A stretch of DNA of 64,000 nucleotides from Syncephalis fuscata S228 (GCA_025786725.1 JAHLTZ010000009.1:620001-684000); one strand, 5' to 3'; counted from the first letter of the stretch, positions 36,781-50,717 are shown. Numbers and translations are program-made. Notes: generated by a model from the letters alone, not told the origin.

Positions 36781-38948
36781 TTAATCTAGCTTACGTGCTG
36801 CTCCAACACGCGTAATGGTACGTGTTGTGACATTGCCCGTATGCTTGGTCGAGTTATTACCAGTAGCACGTTTGCTAGTGGTTGCTGATAGTGCCAAACC
36901 AGTAGTTGCTGCCGCTGCCGTAGTTAAGAATTTATTACTTGCTGTTTGTGCACCACCATTATTTTGTCTAGAGTTTAAGGTATTACTGCCACTTGGCTTA
37001 CCAGCCGATGAACGTCTTTCTCGCGGTAATCGATGTCGTTGTGTCCATATAGCATCAAAGGCACGTTGACGATCCGCTTCTACTGCATGAGCCGCCTCAC
37101 TTTGGCTAAGCTCGCTTAGGAATCGTGCCATACCAAAATCAATAAACTGCGGTGTAAACGTATAGGATACAGCGGCCGGTGCATCAGGTCGTTGAGAGGT
37201 TATATCACCTGGCTCCATAGTACCGGCTGGCCCATCAGCAAATCCATTGCCACGCCCATTGCTAGATCTACGACCACCAAATAGCGAACGAATGGAATTG
37301 CGTGTAGAGAACATAGCTAATCCTAGACCGCTATTACTACCCTCTTGAGTTGTAGCTGGTGTGATAGGAAAGCCAAAGCCAAATAGTCCATCGCTGTCAC
37401 TGGCACCAGATGTTGATTCGGCATAGGTGTTAGTTGGTCCGCCTAAGCCAGACAGTGGACCTGGTAAACGACGAAGGAAACATGTATACCGTTTCCACCA
37501 AGGAATCTTTGGCTCAACTCTATATCTAATATTGCCTGCATGTACATCACTATGTGCCATACCGCGTCGATGAATAGCCCGAGTCACTGCGTGGCGTGTT
37601 TTAATGGCCAGTTTGCGTAAACGGGCCTCTGAAGTAATCAATCCTTGATCTACCAACTCTTGCGGCTCTAATCCAGCCACATAGTCCATCACAAGTGCAT
37701 CGCGGCCATCGCCCAATGGGACCTCACCTCGAAGCATGCCCATACGACGTAGTGCACGTGCTTCATGTCCTTTTCGATGACCAAATAATCCGGCCCGACG
37801 CATTACCTTCAAGTTCTCTTCTTCTGTAGTATGTGGAAACTTTATGGCTACCAAATCGGATGGATCATCATATTAACACCTAGATAAACGCGGCCAAAGT
37901 GTCCTGGACCTCCAAGAGGCTGGCTGGGATGGTATCTAAAGGTCAACCCATCTGTAACCTTAAGAAACTTTGCCTGAGCATCGTCGGTAACATGTGGCAC
38001 AGCATAAAGAGATTGTGGCCGTGCATGACTAATTGAAGGGCGAGGAGAGTTATTTCGGCTTAGTTGGTTAGTAGCATTGGTTAATGAAGGTCGTCGACTG
38101 CCAGGTGCTGGTGCCATAAGAATGCCACGAATAGGCGATGTTGGTGAACTGGCTGATGCTGCTGCGGCAGCTGGAATAACACTGCCTCGTTTGACTGCTC
38201 CATTGTTGTAGGTAGCGGGTGCTTCTTTGCTAAGTGACCCTTCTATTGCTGTTGTTTTATTACTTTGCCTTAACTTGTGCGCATCAGCTGCACTCCACGA
38301 ATTCTGTCGTGTCAATTTGTGTGCAGATGCTGGTGCTACATCTGTCGACCATCTTACTGAGCGTACTGACGAGGCTGAAGATGAAAAATGACCCGATTGA
38401 CGACGTGATGCGGGTGCACTTGGGTTTTTACGTGTAGCCGCTCGTTCTAATACAATTGAAAACAAATCATGCGACATGATGATATTTGGTAATGCGTTGG
38501 ATGAAGTAGCATTATTGTCATCGCTACTAGAAGTTGAATTTGATTTATCTTTCTCTGTCGTCTTATTGTGCATAGACTGTTATTGATACGGCCGTATCTA
38601 TTGTTAGCGTTACTCAAATATACACTCAATATTACTTACCTTTACACTTGATGGTATTGATGATGTTGTGGAATTTGATGATATGGATGGAGTTATTAAC
38701 GCCGTTTCATTTGAAATAGCTGGCACTTCTGTTTTAGATTCCATTGCTGCATTTGACTGATTGGCAGTTGCACCTTTTGTTGTTGAAGCTATTAACTTGC
38801 CCGTGTTGCTATTTATGTCTTTAATATTGATGGATGTAATAGCTGGTATGGTCTCTGTCATGCTATTTCCATAACGATTCAAAGGTGCCTTTTCTTGGTT
38901 GACGTTTAGCGATAGGTCTGTGTTGGACGATGCCAGCTCTGTAGGCAT
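36781..38948 (-). CDS. Atypical protein-kinase-like protein (RIO/Bud32/Kdo-type minimal fold) with long low-complexity N-terminus
   Basis: LGGPGHFGRVYLG (Gly loop), VAIK, LVMDYVAG, IHRRGMAHSDVHAGNI, FIDFGMA. Probable intron 38577-38639 joins the first two ORFs in frame; -1 break at ~37872. Confidence 0.75.
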
Positions 38949-40047
38949 GACAACTAATATATAAATACTTTAAAGTAGTGCCTCGCTTCTTGTTACGTTA
39001 TTACCGAGTATGCAATAACCGTAAATAATAAATGAATAATGAGACTATGCCTAGTGTATATTATCGTTAATCAATGGACACAATAACAAATATAATAGGA
39101 AATGGAAATAATAATAATAAGAACAATAAAAACAATAAAACGCTAATAATAACAAAAACAAAAGATGATAACACCTTACGATAGTGTTAGAATAGGTAAA
39201 GTCGTTTAAAAGTCGTCGCTGCCGTCTTTGTCTGCGCTCTTTAGCCGCTACTGTTAGTAATCGCGAAAAAGAGCAGAGGCAAAGACTGATTTCGTCCAGG
39301 GCCAGCCGACAGACTATATAGATTAGAAAAGCCGATGATTGAATGTGTGATCGGCTTAGAGCTACACGTCACACGTTTACGAACACACTTAATTATATGC
39401 AGATAAGCAATTTAGTGTGCTAGTAAAAGAAAAGTTAAAAAAGGGATATGTTGCTGTTAGAGATTGTCGTTGAGGTGAAAAGGAAAGACTTAAAGTAAAA
39501 CGACTACTAAAGGCGGGGGAAAGAGGAAAAGAAACGCAGTAAAGTGAGATGCAATGAAACGATCAAGGAAAGAAATAGAGCCGCAAAGTGAAATAACACA
39601 CCGCATATAAGCCAAGGAAAAAGGAGGACAATAAAGCGAGAGTTAGAGTGTGAGAGAGAGAGAAAGTAGGCGAATCTTAGCCAAGGTGGTTGGATACAAG
39701 CGTGCGTTTATCAAATAGGGCACACTTCAACATGGCACGGCTTTTGGTCTTTTCTTGATTCGGAGAAAGAAAAGCCACGCGTTTAAGAATGGATAGGCAG
39801 GTGTGCGCTGTCATGGACAATTACGGCCATCATTGGTCGATGCCAGTATAACAAAAAAACGCATAATGTTACTGTTATTACAACAACAGCTGTTGTCACT
39901 GTTTTACTATTTTAGCCGTTGCAGATCAACGAAAAAGCGTGGAAAAAGTAAATATGCGCAAAATAAAACCTGTTGCATGATTATAGTCTCATTTTTCCGT
40001 AACCGTGACATACTTACATGCGTTGCAACAATCAAAAAGCCGACAAA

Positions 40048-40063
40048 TGTGTGTGCGTGCGTA

Positions 40064-40094
<31 letters not shown>
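40048..40094. repeat. (GT)n microsatellite
   Basis: Interrupted gt dinucleotide run, longest stretch ~40066-40094. Confidence 0.9.
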
Positions 40095-40098
<4 letters not shown>

Positions 40099-41262
40099 TG
40101 AAGATGTGTTTGTGTACAGAATACACCCACTATATATGGCCACTTTTATAATCTATCCAGCTAGCTAGATAAACGCACATGCTTATATGACTTTGCTATT
40201 GATGCAGGCGTGCCAAGAAAAAGGCTTAAGTAAAAGCGTATCATTTAAAACTCAACCCATACTTGTCAGTACAACACCTTTGTGCATATACACACATATA
40301 TATATATAGAAATATGCATAGAAGCATCTAAAGTAGCTGTAACAACAGCAGTAATAGTCTATTTTTACAATAGCTACTATATCATTCCGTATGACTGTCT
40401 TTATGGTAGCGCTATATGTTATAGACAATGACAAAACCAAATGCAACGCTTTCATTACAGGTCAAGACTTCCCTCTTCCTCTCGCTCTCAACAAAGAATA
40501 TATACGTACCTGTACTTTGGTTGTTTGCTGTATATCGATAAGATACTGGCTACTGGCTAGTAAACAATGGATATACGCAATAATCCTATTACTTGTTACT
40601 TATACAACTAACGTATTCTTAATAGGCTATGTGGCAGAGATAATGATATAAACAAGAATAAAACAATAGTACCAGAAAACTAATGACTTCGGTGATAGTA
40701 AAACAAGTTGTGTGTGTGTGTGAAAGAAAGAGAAAACGAAGTTGGATCGTGTGGGCAGTAGTAGAAAACGAGGTCCAACTTATACGAGAATATAAAAACC
40801 GATGGCGTTTTAACGTGCCGACAGTGTTACGAATCATCGTATAAATACTGGTAATAATAAAAATATTCATAATAATAAGGACTATTCTGGACATGGTGAA
40901 GCACGACTGTTTTTCCCGCTACCATGACTCACTTACCTTGCAGACTGGCAGAAATGTTCGGTCAACTGAGTACTATTTTCTTTCCCCAGTGACGTGTGCA
41001 CTACCTGCCGTACTACGGTAACTACAGCATAAACCACGATAGTATGAGACATTATGAGTCGGTGGCTACTAAATAGGCTATGCTATTGATAGCATTCAAA
41101 TCCAGTCGCTATTTTTAATTGTTAATCTTTGTTTATCTTTATTCCAATTCCACTCTATCCTATTAGGTAGATGATCCACGTGTGTAAAGATAAATTGAAA
41201 GGCAAACAATGCAAATATGATTTATTAAGAAAGCTAGTGATTACCACTATGGCCGTGTTGGT

Positions 41263-43290
41263 TCAATGGCGTGTTGGCCATCGTTGAATGATTACCAACA
41301 CTACATTGGATATATCTTCATTGCCTGAAGAAGCAAATGCGTTGAGTAAGGCCTGGGGGGATAATACACCTAATGTAGTGGGATCTAATCCACTGGCTGC
41401 AGCAATTGCTTCTAAATTGCCTAAACTGGCAAATGTAGCATTACTGTTGCTATTATTATTACCGTTGTTGTTGCTATTGTTGTTGTTGTGGTGCTGGCGG
41501 TGGTTGTTTTGATGTGGATGGCCAGTTGGGTTGACATCTTGCGAATGTGGCGATAAGCCTGCTCTATCCGTATTTGTTAATAAATCTTGTGCTTGATTTG
41601 TTGTCGATTCGTTACTGATAGGCAGTGTTGGCGGTGGATGCAGTGCATTTGAAATAGAATGCGTTGTGTTGCTGTAGCAGCGGCTGCCGTTGTGGTCGTT
41701 GGGGCGGCAGCCGTGGTAGGATGGGTGTTGGGATAGCCTGACATGGCTAAATTGGTCAATTGAAGCAAATCGGATGAAGATACAGTGCCAGATGCAGCTA
41801 GTTGCGCTACAGCGGACGGGCTTATTCCTAATTGAGCCACTAGCTGCGCAATCTGCGGTGTCATGTTGATTGAAGACGCGGCTGAATAGCTGGCCGACTC
41901 TGCTGTAGTTTGCAACGATACGGAAGGTGGCACAGCAGAAATGCCCGTTGCCGCTGCTGTTGTTCCTGTCACTGCTGTTGTTGTGGTTGCCATCTATCAT
42001 TCTATTAATAATTGATGGATTAATTACTATATTTATTTATTAGCTTACTTGTGGCGGCATTGTAGTAGCCACATTCATCGGGTAATTCATAGGTAGTCCT
42101 CCATGAGACCCCATCATTATATTTTGAGACATTGTTGCTGTAGATGGCTGTATCTGTGCCTGTGCCTGTGGCTGTGGTGGCTGTAATGGCAGATGATTTG
42201 TCGTTGAAGATGCGCCCATCACCATTGGAGCACCAGAAAGTCGTCCTGGCAATGTTATACCGGTTCCGCCAAATACAAAGGGTGGCAACGGCTGATAAGA
42301 ACCTACGCTGCCAATACCTGCTTGTTGATCCATAACACGTACTACTTTGGTAGCCTCGTTAACTCGCTTCCGCTTTCGTAAATCTCCCGATAAAGCCATA
42401 CTCTGGTCGCTATCAGCATGGCCATGGCCTGTGGTAATGCCTGTCGTTGAATTAAATGCGCGTTCTCGTTCTGCTTGGTGTAATCGTTCAAATGCGTTGC
42501 GGCTTTGTCGTTCCATTTCCGTTCTCCATACTTGCGTCTGTTCTTCTTGAGCCTTTCTGGCCGTTGTAAGCAGTCCATTAATTCGTTCTGACAAGGCTGT
42601 TGGCGCGTTAACACTGATGGGTGCTAACTGTGCATGTGGCACGCTTGGTGCCGGTAAACTGGCCTTGATAATTAAGACTTCGTCTCTTTACAACTAATAG
42701 CTACTTACTTTATCTGGCTTCAAATGATAATCGGCAACACTGGCTAAATAGATTAGATTGGATTGTAGCCGTGCTTGATAGCTAGCCATAGTAAGCATAT
42801 AATATTATTAATAGACTAGTCAATACTTACATGGCATAATCTGGATCTTGAAACCATCCTCTGTTTTGATATTCAACGCATAACCGAATCAACTCCATAT
42901 TAACTTGTAATACCTGTAATAATTTTATTATAATAACAGTTGTAATAGTTGTAATATGTCTATTATTATTATTATTCTATACATTCTTTTTTATACTTAC
43001 AGTTTCAACAACTCGAGGTGAAAGTTCAGCTACAAAACTTGGTCGATCCACTTCATCCGTAACAGCATCATCAACATCTCGTTTAATATTCTTCTTTGGC
43101 TTTTTAGATAAATCACCACCGATACCATCTCTATGATCATCATTTCGGCTGCTGATTCATTGGGCGACATACTAACTTCGAAATCACCCTCGTCTTCCTC
43201 TTCCTCTTCCTCTTCTTCGTCAACTTCGCGATTCTGATTTGGAATCGACTGTGTTGCAAGCAAATGTTGCGATTCGTACATATTCGCCAT
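41263..43290 (-). CDS. SSXT (SS18/SYT, Snf11/GIF-like) domain protein, probable SWI/SNF-associated coactivator, multi-exon
   Basis: Spliced exons at 42.7-42.9 kb give VLQVNMELIRLCVEYQNRGWFQDPDYAIYQARLQSNLIYLASVAD, the SSXT signature; Q/P/G/M-rich tail; -1 break near 41665; C-terminal end uncertain. Confidence 0.8.
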
Positions 43291-43916
43291 CGTTATATTG
43301 TATTCCTATTGATTGTAGTAGGATCGCGGTAAACAACAAAGAATTCTTGACTGAATATTTTGATGAGTTACAGCAGTGCTATAAAAGTAGTATGTTATTG
43401 TTCTTAAGTAACCTTTGAGCCTAGTCAATAACAGCTTGTAACTAATAAGATTACGAACACGCTTTTAATAACTGTACCTATATACTCGTGTAAGTAAAAG
43501 ATAGGTCAATAGGCGACAAAAAAAAGAAAGATGCTGACCGTCAAAAGTTAAAACAATGGCTTAATCATATTTGTGTTAAATGCCATTTCTCAGTAAATAT
43601 GAGTTAATTAAAAAGTACGCGCATTTTATCCCTTAATTACATACTTGTAAATAACCATTTAACATGGATGCGGTCATTTATAATTACACTAAAGTATATC
43701 ATTATACGCCAGTATTATTGTTAAACAATGTTGTTAAATGTAATGTAAAACCTTATCTCAATCACTTTATTTATTATGTGTATGTGAAGATAACGATTAT
43801 CGATCAGTAGTCATCAGTATATAATAATGATAATGGATATCGGCTTTGTTTGCCGGTCATTCCCAACTTGCTTCTTTTCATACTCCCACTAGTGCACATC
43901 GTCTATTGGCTTCATC

Positions 43917-45625
43917 ATGTATTATCGTTCAACGCGTGGCTCGGTAGAAGGCCGCACCTTTGAAGAGGCTGTGCTAGGTGGATTGGCACTTGATGGTGGA
44001 CTATACATCCCCGAGCAAATACCAGCCGTGACCACGGACCAACTTGCGCAATGGCGCCACTTGTCATTTGCTCAGCTGGCAGCCGAACTATTTGCCTTGT
44101 ATGTTGATGACAATGAAATAAGCAAGGCGCAGCTTTTAGACCTTAGCACGCGTAGTTATGCTACTTTCCGTCATGCTGATATTACACCTATTTGCCAACT
44201 AAGCAAAACGAATCGTTTAAGCGTGCTGGAGCTTTTCCATGGGCCAACCTTTGCATTCAAAGATGTAGCACTCCAGTTTTTGGGCAACTTATTCGAGTTC
44301 TTTTTGCAGCGTCGCAACAAGAACAAAGGACCCAGCGATAAAAGAGAACGCATTACTGTGGTAGGTGCCACTAGCGGCGACACGGGCAGGTAAGTAAAGC
44401 TTTGTTTAATTAGTTATAGCTCAGAGTTATATATATATATACTAATAAATTGTAATTAGTGCGGCTATCTATGGTCTACGTGGTAAACAAGATATTTCAG
44501 TTTTTATTCTACATCCACGTGGTCGTGTGTCGCCAGTGCAAGAACGACAAATGACAACGGTGCTAGATACTAATGTGCATAATGTAGCGGTAGAAGGAAC
44601 ATTTGACGATTGCCAGGTAAGTTAATTGTTGCACTAATAATTAGTAATGTTTATTTCATTTCATTAATCATTTTGTAGGATATTGTGAAGCAATTATTTG
44701 CTGATGTCGAGTTCCGTGATCAATATCGTCTTGGTGCTGTAAATAGCATTAACTGGGCGCGTATTCTTGCACAAACTGCCTATTACTTTTATGCCTATTT
44801 TAAAGCTGAAGAACAAGGATTAAAACGTGCAGATGAACAGCTCATTTTCTCAGTGCCTACCGGTAACTTTGGCGATATTCTAGCTGGGTTCTATGCACAA
44901 CGTATGGGGCTGCCTATTCGTTTAATATGTGCAACAAATCAAAATGACATTTTAGATCGATTTTTCCGAACGGGTATCTACAGCAAATCGGCTGAGGGGG
45001 TGGCAGAGACATGGGCCCCTGCGATGGATATCTGTGTTAGTTCTAATTTTGAACGTTTGGCATGGTACTTGGCGCGTGATACTGTTGTGCAAATTGATGG
45101 CCAAGGCCCAGAAGCAGACAAGAAGCGAGATCAAGAAGCTAGCGCTGTAGTGGCTGCATGGTGGACATCACTAAAAAGCCACAACGGATTCCAAGTGGAT
45201 GAAGAGACGGTTGCCAATGCAGCCAAGACCTTTTTATCAGTAATGGTATCGAATGATGAGACACTTGAAACGATTCGTTCATGGTATGAGCGCAGTGCGA
45301 AAGAAAACGGCGCGCCTTACGTGTTGGATCCACACACAGCAGTTGGCGTTAAAGCAGTAGAGAAGCTACGTGCAGAACGATCCGACTGCGACGGGCCAAT
45401 AATTTGTTTATCTACTGCACACCCTGCTAAATTTGACGAGGCGGTGGAAAAGGCTCTTCATCATCCAACGGTAACCACGACATTCTCGCTTGCAATATTC
45501 GTCCTACAGAAATACAAGCACTTGCTAATAAGGAGCAACGCTGTCAGCAAGTACCAGCTGCTGAGAAAGAACTGGTGAAAGCTGTTGTACGTCAAGGATT
45601 AAAGAATGAAGGTGTGCAAGTTTAG
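43917..45625 (+). CDS. THR4: Threonine synthase
   Basis: YYRSTRG, GLALDGGLYIP, ELFHGPTFAFKDVALQ (PLP lysine), GATSGDTG, NSINWARI, VPTGNFGDI, DPHTAV, TAHPAKF; two introns; -1 break near 45475. Confidence 0.95.
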
Positions 45626-47576
45626 GATTTTGTTTTTAATAATAATAAAAGCCAGTAACTTTGCGATTTAACTAGCACTATTCTAATTAAAATATAGATT
45701 ATCTCATTTTTGATAATCAAAATACTATGGTTAATTTGTCTAATAAATTTAATGATTATTATTTAACTCTGCAAGTGTTTTTATAATTGAAACAGTATAT
45801 ACAGATCGGTACAAATGTTTGATGCACTTTGCTGTACCATTTAAGCCCCAAACTATTATGAATAAACTGAGCTATATTTAGAAAAATAAAACGACTATGG
45901 GAGTTAAACAGTTGTAAATGAGCGATTTCAGCATTTATAAACGGTAATTAGGTAAATAGCTAATAATTACTATTTTAAATTAAAAAATAATCCATTTTGA
46001 GTGTTGCTACAGACACGAATAGCTGCGCTAATAGAGCCATCATATTCCAACGAGTGTATTACAATAGCACGTTTGTAAATATACTGATTAAAATCGTCAT
46101 TGTTGTTGCTGTTTTAGTACAATTACCGCGAGACTGGCGCTGCTGATAACACATGGCTGCCTCATTAATAATGCCTTCCTCGTTCTCGTTTCAAAATGCA
46201 TTGTCAAATAGCCCATCCATGTAATTACAAAAACCTGTATTTACTGCACTTCATTTTTACGCATCCAATGATTTGTTTACTAGCTTTATGTAGAATTTTT
46301 CGGATTAATTTGCTTTTTTACCGCCGATCAGTCAATAACACTGTATTTTTGAGCGCCTTAATCGTTTCCCCGCGGCACTTCCGTATGCATTACCATATAT
46401 AGCTAGCAATTATATCATCTTATAGAAATTCAGCAATAAAACTTTTATTCTTGCTTTTTTGGTTATAATAAAATGTAAATGCTTTGGGTGTTGCTGTAGG
46501 ATTTTATAATGAAACGCATGAAGGTATCGGTGGGTCTCCCGATCCAATATTAATCGTCCTACTTGTGATTATTATTTTCGATAACACCAAGTTTGTTCTC
46601 CGTATAACAGCAGAAAGTCTGTTTCAACTGCCACTGAGCTTCGATATTTGCAATATAAATATATACATACATCGATTTAAAGCTTTAAATAATAGCATAC
46701 TACTGTAAGGTGGCATAAACGAGCAACTTTTTAGCTTTAAGGCAGCCACATTTAGGCGGCTGAATGGCGTGACAAGCATAGCAATAAATGTCTCTGAACA
46801 CGATGTGCGCTACATGCACCAATAGCATTACTTACAGCTAAGGCATTTTGTGATTTGATTGGCTATATTGTACATGTGTGCTGTAACAAGGAGTCACATT
46901 GCTCTACAGCCATACAAAATCCTTAGCTGAACTCGGCAAACCCGAATTCAGGGCCATATATAGATCGGTTACAGCTCATTGTACTGGTGGTTGGTTAGAA
47001 GTGCTCTTTGTTTATTGTTCATAGCACAAAGCAATTGGCCTATATTGGAGCAAGATGCCGCCCATAAGGCTATTCATAAACGCCAATTATTAGGACGGAT
47101 TTACTTAAAGAAAAAAAACGCTATTTATCGTTTGTTCATTGTCCTTTTGTCCACATCAACGAGAGAACCCCGTGCCTAAGTTGTACGAATAAAAGCATTG
47201 TTATCATAACCTGTTTCACGCTGCAAAGTCGCATTGAATGTGTAGGGCAGCATACATTGTTAGAACCAGTTGTGTCCAGATTTAGCAGCAGCCATTAATT
47301 GTTCTATTGCTCAATAACCCGTCAAGTGAACAACGACCATACCGGCATTCTATATAAATATCTCATGCCTCAGACGCCAACTCGCCATCCTCGCCTTCAG
47401 CTTCCACTAATACCCTTTTTTAAATCTCTTGAACCAACCAACCCACCTTGATATACTCGTATCTACTGTCGTATTTTTATATCACATTTACTTAAATTAG
47501 TGCACACATACTGTGTTGCTAATAGTTTCCTATTTGATATAGTGCTTGATTCAGTGAATCATTATTCAATTTCACA

Positions 47577-48439
47577 ATGCGTGCCCCACTATTAATTACT
47601 GCCTGCGTTGCAGCTATCCTTAGCTCGCACCATGTTGCCGCCTACGATCGTAATCTGATGTTATGTCTTGTTAATACTGCTCGAGCGGTACGTGGTCTTC
47701 CTGCTTTGGGAGACAGCCCTGAATTAGATCAAGCAGCTCAGGTGCATTGCAACGACTCAGCAAACAGAGGACAACAAGGCCACGCTGGCAGCGATGGCTC
47801 AAACTATGTTGCTCGAATTCTCCGCTTTACCCAAAAATTTTTGAGAAAGGGAGAGAATCTTACATATGGTTTCCCAACAGAGAAAGCAGCTATGGAATCA
47901 TGGATGGGCTCTGCAATACATTATGCAAATATCATGTTATCAGACGCAACTCACATGGGCTCAGCTGTGGCCTATAGCGGCAGCGGCGTTCCATATTATA
48001 CTCAAACCTTTGGTGGAGATGGTCAACAGCATCAATTCCCAGTCTGTCCAAGCTGGAAAGATGCTTTAACCAGTGCTATTAAAGGCTTTGGCCAAAGCAA
48101 CCAGGCACCTAGTCCTGCACCAGTTCAAAAAGCTGACCCTGCACCAGTTGCTCCAGCTGCCCCTGTTGCTCCAGCTGCTCCAGTTCAATATTTTGCTCCA
48201 GCTGCTCCAGCTGCTCCAGTTTACGTTCCTGCTCCAGCTGCTCCAGTTACGTTCCAGCTCCAGTTGCACAACCAGCTCCAGTTGTTCAAACTCCACCTAC
48301 TTCCACCTACTCCAAGGGCTTGCCATTAGACTGGACATGCATTAAGACCTCAAGCAATGGCAACTGCTACCGCTGGAAGAAATGCTGTATAAACGGCCGC
48401 AAATGGTCTTGCACAGAAAAGTGGGTCGGTCAACCATAA
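47577..48439 (+). CDS. Secreted CAP/SCP (PR-1-like) protein with Pro/Ala linker and C-terminal Cys/Trp module
   Basis: Signal peptide; LCLVNTARA.RGLP.L, AAQVH, HAGSDGS, GENL, WMGS..HYANI, YYTQTFG. Correcting the -1 at ~48248 (gttacg vs the preceding repeat gtttacg) extends the ORF to TAA 48437-48439. Confidence 0.85.
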
Positions 48440-48769
48440 AGACTGCCTATTTTAATTATTGTGAATGGTGCTTTGAAAGCACTTTAAATAAAGTATTGTG
48501 ACAATTTTAATAATATTTACATAGCTACATAACATGCAATGAAATACAGTTAAGACTAAGTCTTTATTCAAATACGAGCATCATTTATTAGCGCATAAAA
48601 TTGAGCCGTATTTTATTGAATTTGTAAGTAAAAAATGATAATAAACTAGCTTCCATCATAAAGCAATAAGAAATAGTTGATATAATGTTTACAAAACTAA
48701 AGATAATTATAGATACAGATAACAAATTAGATGAAATCTATTTAATATTGCAACATTTATAAAATATAA

Positions 48770-49678
48770 TCACTTGCTAGCGGCATGTTTTAACGTATCC
48801 AACTGATCACCAATTGACGTTAGTGATTCATAATAATTGCTAAATGTAGCCACCATTCCAGTTAATTGAGCAAGTGCCTCCGTCTAATATACACACACAA
48901 ATTAGATATTATCATTATTATACGCTATTTAAACATCACGCACTCACCATTTTATCATTGAAAACTGGCACATCTTGTAGCCACGTTGTGATATCCGTGT
49001 TAACAGTATACTGACTTAGTGATTTAGCCATTTCTTGGAAAAGCCCAACAAGCGCACTAGTATCCATAGCATGAAGGTAAATTATCACAGTCATACGAAT
49101 AACCAGCAATTACCGTTGTTGAGAGGGTGCCACAAGTAAATGACCTCCAATATACGGCTGCTTAAGCATACCAAGAAACGTAGTGCGCTGATCCAGCAAT
49201 GTACTGAATTGTTCTGTTATTTTCTTCAGCTCAATTACCCGTTGTTCTAAATAAATAGCATGCTCCTAAGTTTCTATACTCGCTGTACAGCTAGTTACTT
49301 TACCAACTGAGATGACGTGAAGTACGTCGGCCGTATCCCTTTGCCATTGATACAAATTCAGTTTACCTTGTAGCTAGTACAGTTCTATAGTCAAGCATAT
49401 TATTTGTATGCGCAACCTACCTCCCATAGCTGTTTTTCCAGTACAATTAGTTCATAGAATGCACCTGCTAGCTGTGTCATGTCATCTGCCTCAACATGTT
49501 CGCGTTTCGCAGCCTTTAATAAAGCAAGACTATTAGGCATACGTCAAAGATGAGACAGTGGAATGCTTACCGGTACTGGAATCTTAAATTCATTTGCTAA
49601 ATGTATAACACGGCTATAGTCTAGTACACGAGTAGACGGTGCGCGTAATGATTTATCGGCACCGCGTCTGGTTGTCAT
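48770..49678 (-). CDS. HAUS2: Augmin complex subunit 2 (HAUS2/AUG2), at least 6 short exons; not in the ORF track
   Basis: Spliced translation LQGKLNLYQWQRDTADVLHVISVEQRVIELKKITEQFSTLLDQRTTFLGMLKQPYIGGHLLVAPSQQR resembles the HAUS2 core as I recall it (KDTADVVH...LLKP / LQQPY); GT-AG introns; stop TGA at 48770. Confidence 0.75.
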
Positions 49679-50169
49679 ATCTGTAGTGCGTATATTATAT
49701 TAAACAAAAGATTTTATTTGGTTAAAAGGCAATATTAAAATTTAGCACTAATAAAGATATCAGCTATTAATGAAATATATTACACTAAACGAGAATTTTT
49801 CATCACTAAATATAATTATTGAATTGAAACTATTGTGCTTTGATTGTTACATTTTTTATTTATTTATTTCACTTTCTTTTTCTTAATACTTTTAAATACG
49901 ATTAAACACTTATTCATCACTATAACATGTATAATATCACATCCAACATTAATAATTTATGTGTAATTATCAATACAATAATGTAATTAATTAGTTATCT
50001 TTATTATTGCTTTAATATATAATATATTGTCCTTCATTTAGTCAGATTGCTATAGGAAAAGTGGCTGTTTAATAAACAACTTTATAATAATTATATTAAT
50101 CTTGATCTTACATCACAAATATGCCCAAAATGCAATAGTAGAATATTAGAAAGTAAAAAGATCATTTAG

Positions 50170-50586
50170 ATGCAATAACAACAATGCGGAACGGTATGAA
50201 ATTGCGATCATATGACCTATTAATATTCGGTCAATCTTTCTACACATGACTAACAACAGCAATGATCAACCTCAAATGTATTAATGAAATCAAATGGTAT
50301 GTTACATTATTTATTCAATCAATTTATTAACAATATTTTAATAAATGTAATATAACTATGCTGTGCATAACGGCATGACTCTGATTGAAACAAATTGTGC
50401 TTTGGGGACAGATGTGGAGCAAAGTAAAATCCAACCATAACCTTTAAATAAATAGTGTAACATATCATTTGATTTTTTAAAACATTCAAGACCAATCATT
50501 ATTGGCTTTGTGTAGGAAGATTAATTGAATATTAATAGAAGCGATATGATCGATTCCATATCATTCCGCAATCGTTGTTGTTGCAT
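50170..50586. mobile_element. MITE/foldback-like element with ~145-bp imperfect inverted arms and ~130-bp spacer
   Basis: 50170-50315 (tgcaataacaacaatgcggaacggtatg...caaatggtatgttacattatttatt) is the reverse complement of 50445-50586, with mismatches; no ORF. Confidence 0.65.
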
Positions 50587-50717
50587 TAATATATACATGC
50601 TATGTACCATTTTATTTTTAGCTTTTAACTTTTAGTACTTGTTAATTGAGTTAAATAAACTGCATCATCATATAAAATATTGTGTGTCATTTAACACTAT
50701 TATACAATTAATTGAAT

